Origin: an uncultured Clostridia bacterium | GTDB taxonomy: Bacteria; Bacillota; Clostridia; TANB77; CAG-508 | Reading direction: 5' to 3' | Assembly: GCA_934133165.1 (NCBI GenBank) | Contig: CAKPAW010000001.1 | Span: 238,873-302,872, forward strand | Length of the DNA: 64,000 nt | Program-made: the position numbers and the translations under genes | Notes under the pieces: generated by a model | Seen by the model: only the letters and a program-made list of their open reading frames with translations | Database searches by the model: none | What the model was told of the DNA's origin: nothing | Shown: one piece after another, positions 9,792-18,922 of the stretch | How the letters are laid out: the number at the start of each line of letters is the position of its first letter | Numbering within the stretch: the first letter of the stretch is position 1

Positions 9792-9941
9792 GCAAAAAAA
9801 AAGCGAGCCTAAGCTTTTCTAACAAATGTAAATTTTAAGAGAATCTTAGGCTCTCAATATTTATCTTCTACAGAAATTTATCATACTATGATAAATTTCC
9901 TAGAATATAAAAAAGAACAAGACTAAATCTTGCTCTTCCTA
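9792..9941. repeat. copy 1 of a dispersed terminator-associated dyad repeat, downstream of hup
   Basis: Minus-strand order is: hairpin 9916-9939 plus T-run, then a 58-nt core with the 39-bp palindrome TTCTACAGAAATTTATCATA-C-TATGATAAATTTCCTAGAA (9857-9915), then a second hairpin gagcctaag/cttaggctc plus T9. Confidence 0.6.
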
Positions 9942-9972
9942 TGAATTCATATAATTTATATTGAAATCATTA

Positions 9973-10251
9973 TTATTTTTTATTTACTAAATCTTTTAAA
10001 GCTTTTCCTGCTTTGAAAACTGGAGCTTTAGATGCTGGTATTTTGATTTCTTCTTTAGTTTGTGGGTTTCTTCCTTTTCTAGCTGCTCTTTTTCTTACTT
10101 CGAAAGAACCAAATCCAACAAGTTGAACTTTGTCTCCTTTTACTAATGTTTCTGTTACAGTTTCAACGAAAGCGTTTAATGCTGCTTCAGCACCTTTCTT
10201 TGTGTCTCCTGTTTTAGCTGCGATAGCTGCGATTAAATCAGATTTGTTCAT
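9973..10251 (-). CDS. hup: HU family DNA-binding protein
   Basis: [11 protein letters not shown]...[20 protein letters not shown], the canonical HU arm. Confidence 0.9.
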   Translation of the reverse strand: MNKSDLIAAIAAKTGDTKKGAEAALNAFVETVTETLVKGDKVQLVGFGSFEVRKRAARKGRNPQTKEEIKIPASKAPVFKAGKALKDLVNKK

Positions 10252-10410
10252 TTAAATTACCTCCTATAAGATATCATATGTAGATAGTAAAATTTATCTA
10301 CTAGTAACATTATTCGCCAATCTTTTTCAAAATCCTTCTTTTTTTTCAATTTTTCTTTTTTTAAACCTTTGGGGCTGTATGTTTTTGGATTTTTGAAGTT
10401 TGGTAACGCG

Positions 10411-12072
10411 CTATTTTACTGCATTTTTGCTTTCTTTATAAATTTCTAGTTTTTCTAAAATTTTGTATAGCTTGTTGCCGTAAGGAATCATAAATATTTC
10501 TTCTTTAGTAAAAATTTTTAATACAATTACTGCTAATCCATATACAAGAACTGCTACTAATATTGCAATTATTGTTGCCAACTTTCCTGCAATTATACCA
10601 CCCAAAAGTAAATATACTGCATATGAACATATTCCCATCATTAATATTGCTAAAATTGGTTTTACAATAATTTTAGAAAAAGTTAAATCTAGTTTCATAT
10701 TTGTTCTTAACACTTTAAATCCTATAAAGAACGCTATTGCGTGGCATACTACTGTTGCAAAAGCTGCACCTGCTGCACCTATTCCTTCTATTGGTACTAA
10801 TACTAAATTCAAAATAAATTTAACTGCAACACCTATTAAAAGTGCTATTGTTGGTGTCATTATTTTTCCTAATCCTTGCAAAGCTCCATTTACAGTTTGT
10901 TCTAATACTGTAAAAATTATTGCAATTGAACTAACTTGAAATATAAATGCTCCTTCTGGTGCATTTGGAAATAATAAATTTAAAATTGGCTGTGCAAATA
11001 CTATCATTCCTACCATACAAGGAAGCCCTATAAGCATTGTAACAAGTAATGAAAAAGATACTCTCTTTGTTGCACTTTTCATATCTCCTTTTGTTTTTGC
11101 TGTTGTAATAGCTGGGACTAATGCCGTAGCAAAAGCAATATTAAATGATAATGGAAGTGAAGTTAATGTATCAACTTTTCCACTTAAAATTCCATATTGT
11201 TTTAAAGCATCCGCTTCTGACAAAAATTTTTGAAGACCTCTTTTTACTGTTGTTGAATCTATATTTCTATTAATTGAAGTTAAAACTGCACTTAATGACA
11301 TTGGAATAGATACTGACAATATGCTTTTTACCGTTTTCCATATACTTTGCGTTTTTCCTACTCTAGATGTAACTATTTCTTTAGCTAAATCCTCTCTTCT
11401 CATTTTGAAAAATACATATAAATAGAAGAAACTTCCCACTGTTGCAAGTGTTGTTGCAAGATTTGCTCCTGCTGCCATCAAATTTGTATTTGCTCCTGAA
11501 CAAATTGCAACTATTTCCACAATTATTACTGTAAAAATTGTTTTAAATAATTGTTCTATTGTTTGTGAATTAGCTGTTGCCTTCATATTTCCTCTTCCAT
11601 TAAAGAAACCTCTAAATACACTAATAATTGAAACAAAAAATATAGCCGGAGATAGTGCCACTAGCGTAAGTTCTGCTTCTGGTATTGCAAGCCAAACTTT
11701 CGCTATATAATGTGCCCCCAAAAATAGAAGTAAAGTTCCTACTAGTCCTATAATTGCAAACGTTCCAAAGGCAATTTTAAATATTCTATAAGCACCTTTG
11801 TAATCGTCTTTTGCAGTATGCTCAGAAACAAGTCTTGCTACTGCATTTGGCACACCTGTAGAAGAAATTGTTAAAAGTAAGGCATATATAGAAAATCCCG
11901 CACTATAAATAGCATTTCCCCTATCTCCAAAGCCCTCTCTATTTGTTAAATACCATTTATATACTAACCCAAGAAGTTTTATAAGCACTTGTGAGAACAT
12001 AAGTGCCATAACTCCTTGCATAAAACTTTCTCCCTTTACTTTTTTTTCATACCTTTTCTTAAATAATGACAT
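10411..12072 (-). CDS. MOP-superfamily polysaccharide/lipid-II flippase, SpoVB-like
   Basis: About 14 TM helices, a Wzx/MurJ/SpoVB-type N-terminus (KGESFMQGVMAL). GGATGG RBS before the ATG at 12072. Confidence 0.65.
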   Translation of the reverse strand: MSLFKKRYEKKVKGESFMQGVMALMFSQVLIKLLGLVYKWYLTNREGFGDRGNAIYSAGFSIYALLLTISSTGVPNAVARLVSEHTAKDDYKGAYRIFKIAFGTFAIIGLVGTLLLFLGAHYIAKVWLAIPEAELTLVALSPAIFFVSIISVFRGFFNGRGNMKATANSQTIEQLFKTIFTVIIVEIVAICSGANTNLMAAGANLATTLATVGSFFYLYVFFKMRREDLAKEIVTSRVGKTQSIWKTVKSILSVSIPMSLSAVLTSINRNIDSTTVKRGLQKFLSEADALKQYGILSGKVDTLTSLPLSFNIAFATALVPAITTAKTKGDMKSATKRVSFSLLVTMLIGLPCMVGMIVFAQPILNLLFPNAPEGAFIFQVSSIAIIFTVLEQTVNGALQGLGKIMTPTIALLIGVAVKFILNLVLVPIEGIGAAGAAFATVVCHAIAFFIGFKVLRTNMKLDLTFSKIIVKPILAILMMGICSYAVYLLLGGIIAGKLATIIAILVAVLVYGLAVIVLKIFTKEEIFMIPYGNKLYKILEKLEIYKESKNAVK

Positions 12073-12190
12073 TTTTCCATCCTTTTCATCTATTATTTAG
12101 ATTTTTTTGGATTATCCATAATCCTTATTTTATAAATTATATTCATATTATAAATATTATTCAGTTTTTTACAAAAAAATTTCATAAGTA

Positions 12191-12253
12191 AACCAAAAGG
12201 GACAGATTAACCAAAAGGAAACGTCCCAAAAGATAATTCTGTCCCTTTTGGTT
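12191..12253. repeat. GGGAC-stem hairpin repeat (family X, copy 1)
   Basis: ccaaaagggacag...ctgtcccttttgg stem enclosing ATTAACCAAAAGGAAACGTCCC. Related copies at 36668-36708 and 36801-36840. Confidence 0.6.
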
Positions 12254-12336
12254 AATTTTTATTTTAAAACGTAAAATTTAATTGACAAATTTGCCCAAAA
12301 CACTTGAATTTTTCGGCATTTTGTAAGATAATATAT

Positions 12337-14697
12337 ATGAATTATTTTAATATTTTGAAAGTGGTGAAAAACTTGAAATATATAGACAAATTTTTAAAAT
12401 TTTTAAAAACAGATAGAAATACGTTTGTAACATATATATTAACAATTCTATCTATCTACTTTATGGTAGATAGAATTGTAGAAGTTTTATTTTTAATATT
12501 TACAGGTATGAGTGTTTCATATTGGGGACCTTTCATGTACACGTTTGCACTTGCTTGTCCTGTATTTGCATTTTTATTTGGATTTGCTTCTAAATTTGCA
12601 AGTTCTAATAAAATGAAATCTGCAATGTTCAATGTATATGTTATTTGCTTATATACAATAGGAATTTCTATGGTAGTTCAATGGATGAACCAAGTAATCT
12701 GGTTTGGTTTATTATCTCTTCCAGGTTATCCAGTAATTGCTACAGAATTTTCTGAACTATTTAGACCAGCATTATCTGCACTTGCTTTATACTTACCATT
12801 AGTAACAGCACCAAAAATATTTGGTTTCTTATATAAACAAGTCAATGATACACGTTTATTACAAGAATCTATTTGGGATTATGGTGGAATAAAATTAACA
12901 GATGTTAAAGATGGTACAGGAGCTTACTCTTGTGAAATGTTTGTATGTATGAACAAAGAAACAGGTGCAAAAGAAATTATTCCAGAACAAAGTCGTTTCA
13001 ATCAATTCTTAGTTGTAGGACCTTCTGGTTCAGGAAAAACTTCTTTAGTATTTGAACCTATGGTAGCAAGAGATATAGAGAAAAAATATTTCTTTATTAC
13101 TACTGCAAAAGAAATGGGTTATACAGCTTTAAAAACAGGAATAGCAAATTTAAAATGTCCATATACAAACGATTATATAAATGAACATTTTAATTTAAAT
13201 ATGCTAACACCTACACAAGGAAAAGAAGGCTTATATAAAACTTATATGAAAAAAATGATTTTAGGAGAATCTGGTGGAAATATTATTTACAAAACTTTAG
13301 GTATCACTTCTATTTCTCCAGATTATGAATCTATTTCTCATATGATGGAAGTAGCAGAAAATTTTAATATACCTTACCACATTGTAGACCCTAATGATAG
13401 AGCTTCTATTGGATTAAATCCATTTGTATATGAAAATCCATTAAAAGCTGCTGGAGTATTCACATATGTATTAAAAGCAATGTATCAAGGAACTTTAGAA
13501 AATATAGATAAAGTTAATATGGAAAACGATGCTATTGAAGCACTTGAAAATACTTGTACTCTACTTAAAGCAAGTTATCCTATTATATACAAGGACAAAG
13601 ATTATTTACCAACATTGGAAGATGTTTTAAAATTATTTAAAAATATGAATGCAGTTGAAGAATTATGTAGTAAATTAGAAACTATTCCAGAAATTAAAGA
13701 AGAATATTCATTAACTCTTCAATACTTTAAAAGACATTTTTATGAAGACTCACCACGAAGATTACAAACAGAAAAAGCAGTTCAATATGCTTCTTCTATA
13801 TTTGAAAAACTACTTCGTTACCCAGGTGTAAAAAGCATCATTTGTAACAGAAGTAACAATATAAACTATGAAAAAGTACTTGAAAATGGTGAAGTTGTAT
13901 TCTTATGTACAAGAAGAGGTGACTTAGGAGCTAGTGTTCATAAAACATTTGGTATGTTCTTTATATTATTAATGCAAAATGCTGTATTAAGAAGACCAGG
14001 AAATGAAAACACAAGGGTTCCTCATTTCTTATATATAGATGAATTCCCTGAATTTATTTCTAAGGTAACAGAACCTATATTTACTTTATATAGAAAATAC
14101 AAAGTTGGTACAACTATTTCTTCACAAACACTTGCACAACTTGGTGATGTAAATTCTAAATACAGAAATACTATTGTATCAAATTGTATTAATAAATTAG
14201 TATTTGGTAACAATTCTATTGAAGAAAATAACTGGTGGTCTGATGAATTTGGTAAAATTAGAAAATGGAAATTTTCAAATACTTATGATACCGAAAAAGG
14301 AAAATATGATCCTAAATATGGTGGTATAGAGTGGGCATGGCAATTAAAATTTGCCCCAGATAAAGTAAGAGCAACAAGTTTTAAATCTTGTTTATTTAAA
14401 TACAAAACCAATAAAGGTGTAATACAAGTAGTCGATGGTAAAATGGATTTTATGGATGCCAAATATAAAGAAAAACATTCTATTAAAAATTATGATTATG
14501 AAAAATTTACAAATGGTATTGCTGAAGAAGAACCTAAAAGAAAAAAATCTTCAAGTTGGAAATCTGAAACAAAATTTGAGGAAGATTCAAATGGAGATTT
14601 AGATCCAATAAAAACAGATACTACAGATACAAAATTTTTATATGATAATGAAGATGGAATTGTATATAACTTAAAAAAAGGAAATCCTAATGGATAA
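12337..14697 (+). CDS. membrane-anchored P-loop ATPase resembling type IV secretion coupling proteins (VirD4/TraG/TraD-like)
   Basis: Four or five N-terminal TM helices, Walker A VVGPSGSGKTS, Walker B FLYIDEFPEF, and a downstream TISSQTLAQLGD motif like the conserved Q-motif of T4CPs. The ORF track starts at a TTG at 12304; I chose the first ATG. No strong RBS, so the start is uncertain. Confidence 0.5.
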   Translation: MNYFNILKVVKNLKYIDKFLKFLKTDRNTFVTYILTILSIYFMVDRIVEVLFLIFTGMSVSYWGPFMYTFALACPVFAFLFGFASKFASSNKMKSAMFNVYVICLYTIGISMVVQWMNQVIWFGLLSLPGYPVIATEFSELFRPALSALALYLPLVTAPKIFGFLYKQVNDTRLLQESIWDYGGIKLTDVKDGTGAYSCEMFVCMNKETGAKEIIPEQSRFNQFLVVGPSGSGKTSLVFEPMVARDIEKKYFFITTAKEMGYTALKTGIANLKCPYTNDYINEHFNLNMLTPTQGKEGLYKTYMKKMILGESGGNIIYKTLGITSISPDYESISHMMEVAENFNIPYHIVDPNDRASIGLNPFVYENPLKAAGVFTYVLKAMYQGTLENIDKVNMENDAIEALENTCTLLKASYPIIYKDKDYLPTLEDVLKLFKNMNAVEELCSKLETIPEIKEEYSLTLQYFKRHFYEDSPRRLQTEKAVQYASSIFEKLLRYPGVKSIICNRSNNINYEKVLENGEVVFLCTRRGDLGASVHKTFGMFFILLMQNAVLRRPGNENTRVPHFLYIDEFPEFISKVTEPIFTLYRKYKVGTTISSQTLAQLGDVNSKYRNTIVSNCINKLVFGNNSIEENNWWSDEFGKIRKWKFSNTYDTEKGKYDPKYGGIEWAWQLKFAPDKVRATSFKSCLFKYKTNKGVIQVVDGKMDFMDAKYKEKHSIKNYDYEKFTNGIAEEEPKRKKSSSWKSETKFEEDSNGDLDPIKTDTTDTKFLYDNEDGIVYNLKKGNPNG

Positions 14698-14766
14698 TAT
14701 TAAAGAGGAGATATATTTTGATATCTCCTCTTTCTCTCTGCATTTAATCAATAAGTTACTTAAAAA

Positions 14767-14925
14767 TTACCACTTACGATTGTAATCCTGATCATATTCT
14801 ACCCCATCACCATCATAATAGGTATTGGGATCTGATGAGGACTGTGTCAAATTGCCATTGTTAACATCATGTTCTACATCACTACTATCTAAATATCTTC
14901 CTGATTCATCATCATATGGTCCCAT
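14767..14925 (-). CDS. small acidic protein (52 aa), unannotated in the ORF track
   Basis: AGGAGGAT RBS, then ATG; MGPYDDESGRYLDSSDVEHDVNNGNLTQSSSDPNTYYDGDGVEYDQDYNRKW. Confidence 0.3.
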   Translation of the reverse strand: MGPYDDESGRYLDSSDVEHDVNNGNLTQSSSDPNTYYDGDGVEYDQDYNRKW

Positions 14926-15041
14926 AATATTATCCTCCTATCTAAAAAGCTGCAGAGAGATCAATAATATTTATATTGATACATAAATTATACTATTATT
15001 TTACATAATTGTCAATAAATTCCATTTTTTATTCGAGCTAT

Positions 15042-15983
15042 TTATATTCCTAACAATTTAACTTCAACGTCTTCCATTTTGTATTTTTTAGTTTCTGGAT
15101 CTTGTTTAAATTCTACTAAAGTTTTTGCAAGAGTTTTCTCATTTTGCCTTAAATCTGTTGAAAAATATAATTTTAATTGTTTAATCTCTACTTGATTTAC
15201 AATTATTGTTCTAAATGTTTCTGCCATATGTTTTTCATCTTCACAGATAAATATTAATTGTGGCATTGAAGCAAAACCTGAATCTCCTGGAACAAAGTTA
15301 TCATAGAAATCTTGATATAATCTCATTTTATCTACTAATTTCTTCTCCCAATCTTCTTCTCTTCTTACTACTTCAAATACAAATTGAATTGCTTTTCCGT
15401 TTTTTGTAAGTTTAACACTTCCACCAGTTGCTTTAAATACTTTTCCTGCCATTTTAGCTGTAATAGCTGGCTTTGGAATGTAAGAGTCAAATGCTTTTAC
15501 TTTTCTTAAATAAGCTATAATTGTTTGATTTCCTGCTAAACGTTTTTTTATCATTGCAACAGGTTTTGTATTATCTGTTGGTTGCCATTTACATTCTATT
15601 TCTTTTGAATTTAATAGGTATTTACCCATTTTTTCTAAACAGTAAATACGATAAATTCCTTTTCCTTCTTCAGAGCTAAAGTAATATCTTGTTAATATTT
15701 TAGATTTTACTAATTGTTCTAATTTATTGTTTAGTTTATCTTGTGATTTAGCATCAATACCTTTCCATTCTAATAATTGAAAAATTTGTCTTGATGTAAT
15801 AAATTCAAATTCATTTACTAATTCTAATATTGCAAAATGAATATCAGTAATATGACCAATATTAATTTTGTGTATAATTTGGTTCATTGATACATAACCA
15901 TCTTTGCCATCAAAAACTTTAATTTCACCTTCACGAATTGCAAATGGTGATACTTGCGCTTTAATTTCATTATCTTCTACCAT
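15042..15983 (-). CDS. Replication-relaxation (Replic_Relax)-like winged-helix protein
   Basis: N-terminal wHTH segment ILELVNEFEFITSRQIFQLL...LVKSKILTRYYF and C-terminal FVFEVVRREED...KMRLYQDFY, resembling the EvDrgTE...Y signature of that family. I assigned it by memory of the family pattern, not by a search. Confidence 0.4.
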   Translation of the reverse strand: MVEDNEIKAQVSPFAIREGEIKVFDGKDGYVSMNQIIHKINIGHITDIHFAILELVNEFEFITSRQIFQLLEWKGIDAKSQDKLNNKLEQLVKSKILTRYYFSSEEGKGIYRIYCLEKMGKYLLNSKEIECKWQPTDNTKPVAMIKKRLAGNQTIIAYLRKVKAFDSYIPKPAITAKMAGKVFKATGGSVKLTKNGKAIQFVFEVVRREEDWEKKLVDKMRLYQDFYDNFVPGDSGFASMPQLIFICEDEKHMAETFRTIIVNQVEIKQLKLYFSTDLRQNEKTLAKTLVEFKQDPETKKYKMEDVEVKLLGI

Positions 15984-16074
15984 GTTTTTCCTCCTCTTTT
16001 AGGATATTCATCCTAAAAATTAAATTAAAATAATTAAAATATTAAAACATACTTAAATAATGTTTTAATTATAT

Positions 16075-16566
16075 TTAGACAATAATTAATTTTACTTTCT
16101 TTTTATCTGGTATAATTCTTTTAATATAAACATTAACATCTTGTCCATATTCTATACCCTCTTTATATTCTGCCATTCCTACTAAATTTGGAGTAAGTTC
16201 CACAAAAATACCATTTTTAGATTTCTCTGTTTCTCTTGCTATTCCTGTAACAATTACCCCTTCTTTAAAGTTTTTAGCATTATCTTCCCATGAACCTAAT
16301 AGTTCTTTATAAGATAGTAAAATTCTCTTATTCTCTCTATCTATTGATTTTACCATAAAATTTGCTTTTTGTCCAATTTTAAGTCTTTCATATGGTGATT
16401 TTATTCTAGCTACAGACATGTCTTCTATATGAAGAAGTGCAGTCATGCCACCTTCTATTTCTATAAATGCACCATAGTGTCTAATGTTTTTTACTATTCC
16501 TTCTACTATTTGACCTTCTTTTAAATCTTCATTCCAATTCACTGGAATAAATCTTTTGCACTCCAA
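16075..16566 (-). CDS. S1 RNA-binding domain protein
   Basis: GQIVEGIVKNIRHYGAFIEIEGGMTALLHIEDMS S1 fold signature. Confidence 0.6.
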   Translation of the reverse strand: MECKRFIPVNWNEDLKEGQIVEGIVKNIRHYGAFIEIEGGMTALLHIEDMSVARIKSPYERLKIGQKANFMVKSIDRENKRILLSYKELLGSWEDNAKNFKEGVIVTGIARETEKSKNGIFVELTPNLVGMAEYKEGIEYGQDVNVYIKRIIPDKKKVKLIIV

Positions 16567-16655
16567 TTTTTTATCTCCTTTTTTCTTTTGTTTTTCTAAT
16601 TATATAAATAATTACTTTTTTTGTAAATAGAAACGGGCTTAAAATTTTTTTTAAT

Positions 16656-16687
16656 TAAATTTTTAAGCCCGTCCCTAAAATTTACTT
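16656..16687. repeat. 32-nt conserved 3' flank (family Z), identical to 31979-32010
   Basis: TAAATTTTTAAGCCCGTCCCTAAAATTTACTT abuts the stop codons of both rluB and smc. Here it is the 3' arm of the hairpin acgggcttaaaa/ttttaagcccgt. Confidence 0.6.
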
Positions 16688-17404
16688 CATTAGCATATCT
16701 ACTTCTTTTTTAGTTAGATATCTCCATTGTCCTATTTTTAAGTCTTTTACATCTATATTTCCAATTTTACTTCTATGAAGTGCTATAACTTTCTTTCCTA
16801 TTGCTTCACACATTTTTCTAACTTGTCTATTTTTTCCCTCATGTATTATTATTTCTAATCTAGACAAATTCTTTTCTTCGTCTATCTTCATAATTCTAAC
16901 TTTGGCAGGTTTTGTCTTGTATTCTTCATCTATTACAACACCTTGTCTTAAACTTTCTATATCTTCGTTTGTGACTTTTCCCCTTAGAGTTACAGTATAT
17001 GTTTTTTCCACCTCATGTTTTGGATGTGTTACATGAAAAATAAAATCTCCGTCATTTGTTAGTATTAACGCACCTGATGTATACATATCTAATCTTCCAA
17101 CTGGAATTAAATTGTTTCCTGCATTTTTTACTAAATCTACAACTGTGTTTCTGTTAAATTGGTCTTTTACTGTTGTTACATAGTCTATTGGCTTGTTTAA
17201 TAATACATATACCTTTTTTATATCATTATTTACTCTTTTTCCTTCAAATTCTATAATATCTTTATCAGGATTTACTTTTGTTCCAAGCTCTGTTACAATT
17301 TGGCCATTTACTTTAACTTTTCCAGCTAGTATATATTCTTCTGCTTTTCTACGTGATGCTATTCCGTTATTTGCTAAATATTTTTGTAATCTTTCTTCTT
17401 CCAT
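16682..17404 (-). CDS. rluB: pseudouridine synthase with S4 domain (RsuA/RluB family)
   Basis: N-terminal S4 (RLQKYLANNGIASRRKAEEYILAGKVKVNG) and the GRLD catalytic motif. Confidence 0.8.
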   Translation of the reverse strand: MEEERLQKYLANNGIASRRKAEEYILAGKVKVNGQIVTELGTKVNPDKDIIEFEGKRVNNDIKKVYVLLNKPIDYVTTVKDQFNRNTVVDLVKNAGNNLIPVGRLDMYTSGALILTNDGDFIFHVTHPKHEVEKTYTVTLRGKVTNEDIESLRQGVVIDEEYKTKPAKVRIMKIDEEKNLSRLEIIIHEGKNRQVRKMCEAIGKKVIALHRSKIGNIDVKDLKIGQWRYLTKKEVDMLMK

Positions 17405-17465
17405 TTTTCTTTTCCTTTAAAATTAGTTAAATTTTTACTTTATGTTATTTTTATTTTATTATTGC

Positions 17466-18389
17466 TTATCTATTTTCTAATTGTTCAACAATCTTTTTAA
17501 AATACTCTGGTAAAGGTGCTTCTAGTTTCATTTCTTTTCCTGTAATTGGATGTACAAATTCTAGCCTCTTTGCATGTAAGCATTGTCCCTCTATTCCAAA
17601 TTCATTTTTTCCATTTGAATACACACTATCACCTATTACAGGATGTCCTATTTCTGCCATATGTACTCTTATTTGATGTGTTCTCCCTGTATCTATTTTT
17701 ATTTCTAGTAATGTATAACTTCCTTTATTAGTTGTATATCTATTTAATACTCTAAAATGAGTAACTGCATCTTTTCCATTTTTGGTTACTGCCATTTTTT
17801 TTCTATCTTTTGTACTTCTTCCTATTGGCATATTTATAGTTGCCTCATCTTCAGCTATTGTTCCTCTAACTAATGCAATATAAGTTTTCTTTACTTCTCT
17901 ATTTTTTATTTGCTCACTAACTTGTATATGTGATTTATCATTTTTAGCAATAATTAATAGCCCTGATGTATCTTTGTCTAATCTATGAACTATACCTGGT
18001 CTTAATTCTCCACCTATTCCAGATAAACTATCTTTACAATGTGCCATAATAGCATTAACCAACGTTCCGTCTGGATTGCCGTTTGCAGGATGAACAACTA
18101 ATCCTTTTTGTTTATTTACAACTAAAATATCGTTATCTTCATATATAATGTCTAAAGGTATATCTTGAGCCTCTATTTTTACTTCTTTTGGTTCTTCTAT
18201 AGTGACTTCTATTATATCTCCTTCTTGTACTTTGTAAGATGGTTTTTCTATTTTTCCATTAACATTAATTTTATCTTCTTCTAGCAATTTTTGAATCATA
18301 CTTCTAGATAAATCCTCTATCTCTTTACTAATATAAGCATCTAATCTTATTTTTTCATTAATTGCTTTTACTTGTATCTTTTTTATCAA
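17466..18389 (-). CDS. rluD: RluA-family pseudouridine synthase (RluD-like)
   Basis: S4-like N-terminus and the HRLDKDTSGLL catalytic motif. Confidence 0.8.
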   Translation of the reverse strand: MIKKIQVKAINEKIRLDAYISKEIEDLSRSMIQKLLEEDKINVNGKIEKPSYKVQEGDIIEVTIEEPKEVKIEAQDIPLDIIYEDNDILVVNKQKGLVVHPANGNPDGTLVNAIMAHCKDSLSGIGGELRPGIVHRLDKDTSGLLIIAKNDKSHIQVSEQIKNREVKKTYIALVRGTIAEDEATINMPIGRSTKDRKKMAVTKNGKDAVTHFRVLNRYTTNKGSYTLLEIKIDTGRTHQIRVHMAEIGHPVIGDSVYSNGKNEFGIEGQCLHAKRLEFVHPITGKEMKLEAPLPEYFKKIVEQLENR

Positions 18390-18870
18390 AATTAGTTTTC
18401 TCCTCCTTTGGACGCATTTTTATTAAATCAACACCTACTGTAATTACAAAAATAACAAATCCTACAACTATAAATATATGTGCTATATTAAATACTGGAA
18501 ATGAATTTATTGTGCCAGATATATCTATGTATTTATTAATTCTTCCTCTTATAAATCTATCTATTACATTGCTAATAGCTCCACCTAGAACAAATGCTAA
18601 CGCTATTTTTGTTGCTACATTCATATTTTTTATTTGTCTTAGTAAAAATCTAGATAATATTAATATTACTAATAGATCGGCAAAAATACTCGTTAAGACT
18701 TGTATTATTTCAATATTCTTTTCCTCTTGTTCAGTATAATTTATTTTTATTACACTAGTCCCAATTTCTATTGGTTTATTTGATATTACACAAAATTTAA
18801 CTATTTGGTCTATCACTAAAATAGATATTATTAATATTATAATTAATACATATTGTTTCTTTTCTTTCAT
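18358..18870 (-). CDS. lspA: lipoprotein signal peptidase II
   Basis: Four TM helices, GGAISNVIDR and FPVFNIAH motifs; the lspA-rluD order is conserved. Confidence 0.8.
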   Translation of the reverse strand: MKEKKQYVLIIILIISILVIDQIVKFCVISNKPIEIGTSVIKINYTEQEEKNIEIIQVLTSIFADLLVILILSRFLLRQIKNMNVATKIALAFVLGGAISNVIDRFIRGRINKYIDISGTINSFPVFNIAHIFIVVGFVIFVITVGVDLIKMRPKEEKTNFDKKDTSKSN

Positions 18871-18922
18871 TTCTATTTACCCTTTTATAATTCTCTTTTA
18901 TTCTAATGCCTAAAATGACTTT

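Noticed and set aside
9857-9915. 39-bp dyad as a CodY or CcpA site
   Set aside because: AATTTCCTAGAA does not fit AATTTTCWGAAAATT or the cre consensus, so it was not assigned to a known regulator.
9890-9917. Possible dif (XerCD) site: ATTTCCTAGAATATAAAAAAG resembles the XerC arm plus spacer of B. subtilis dif (ACTTCCTAGAATATATA...)
   Set aside because: Only the left arm and spacer match (16/28). The highly conserved XerD arm TTATGTAAACT is absent, and the motif is multi-copy, which a dif site should not be.
12304-12336. TTG start for the T4CP-like gene as given in the ORF track
   Set aside because: There is no RBS before the TTG or before the first ATG. I report the ATG at 12337 with an uncertain start.
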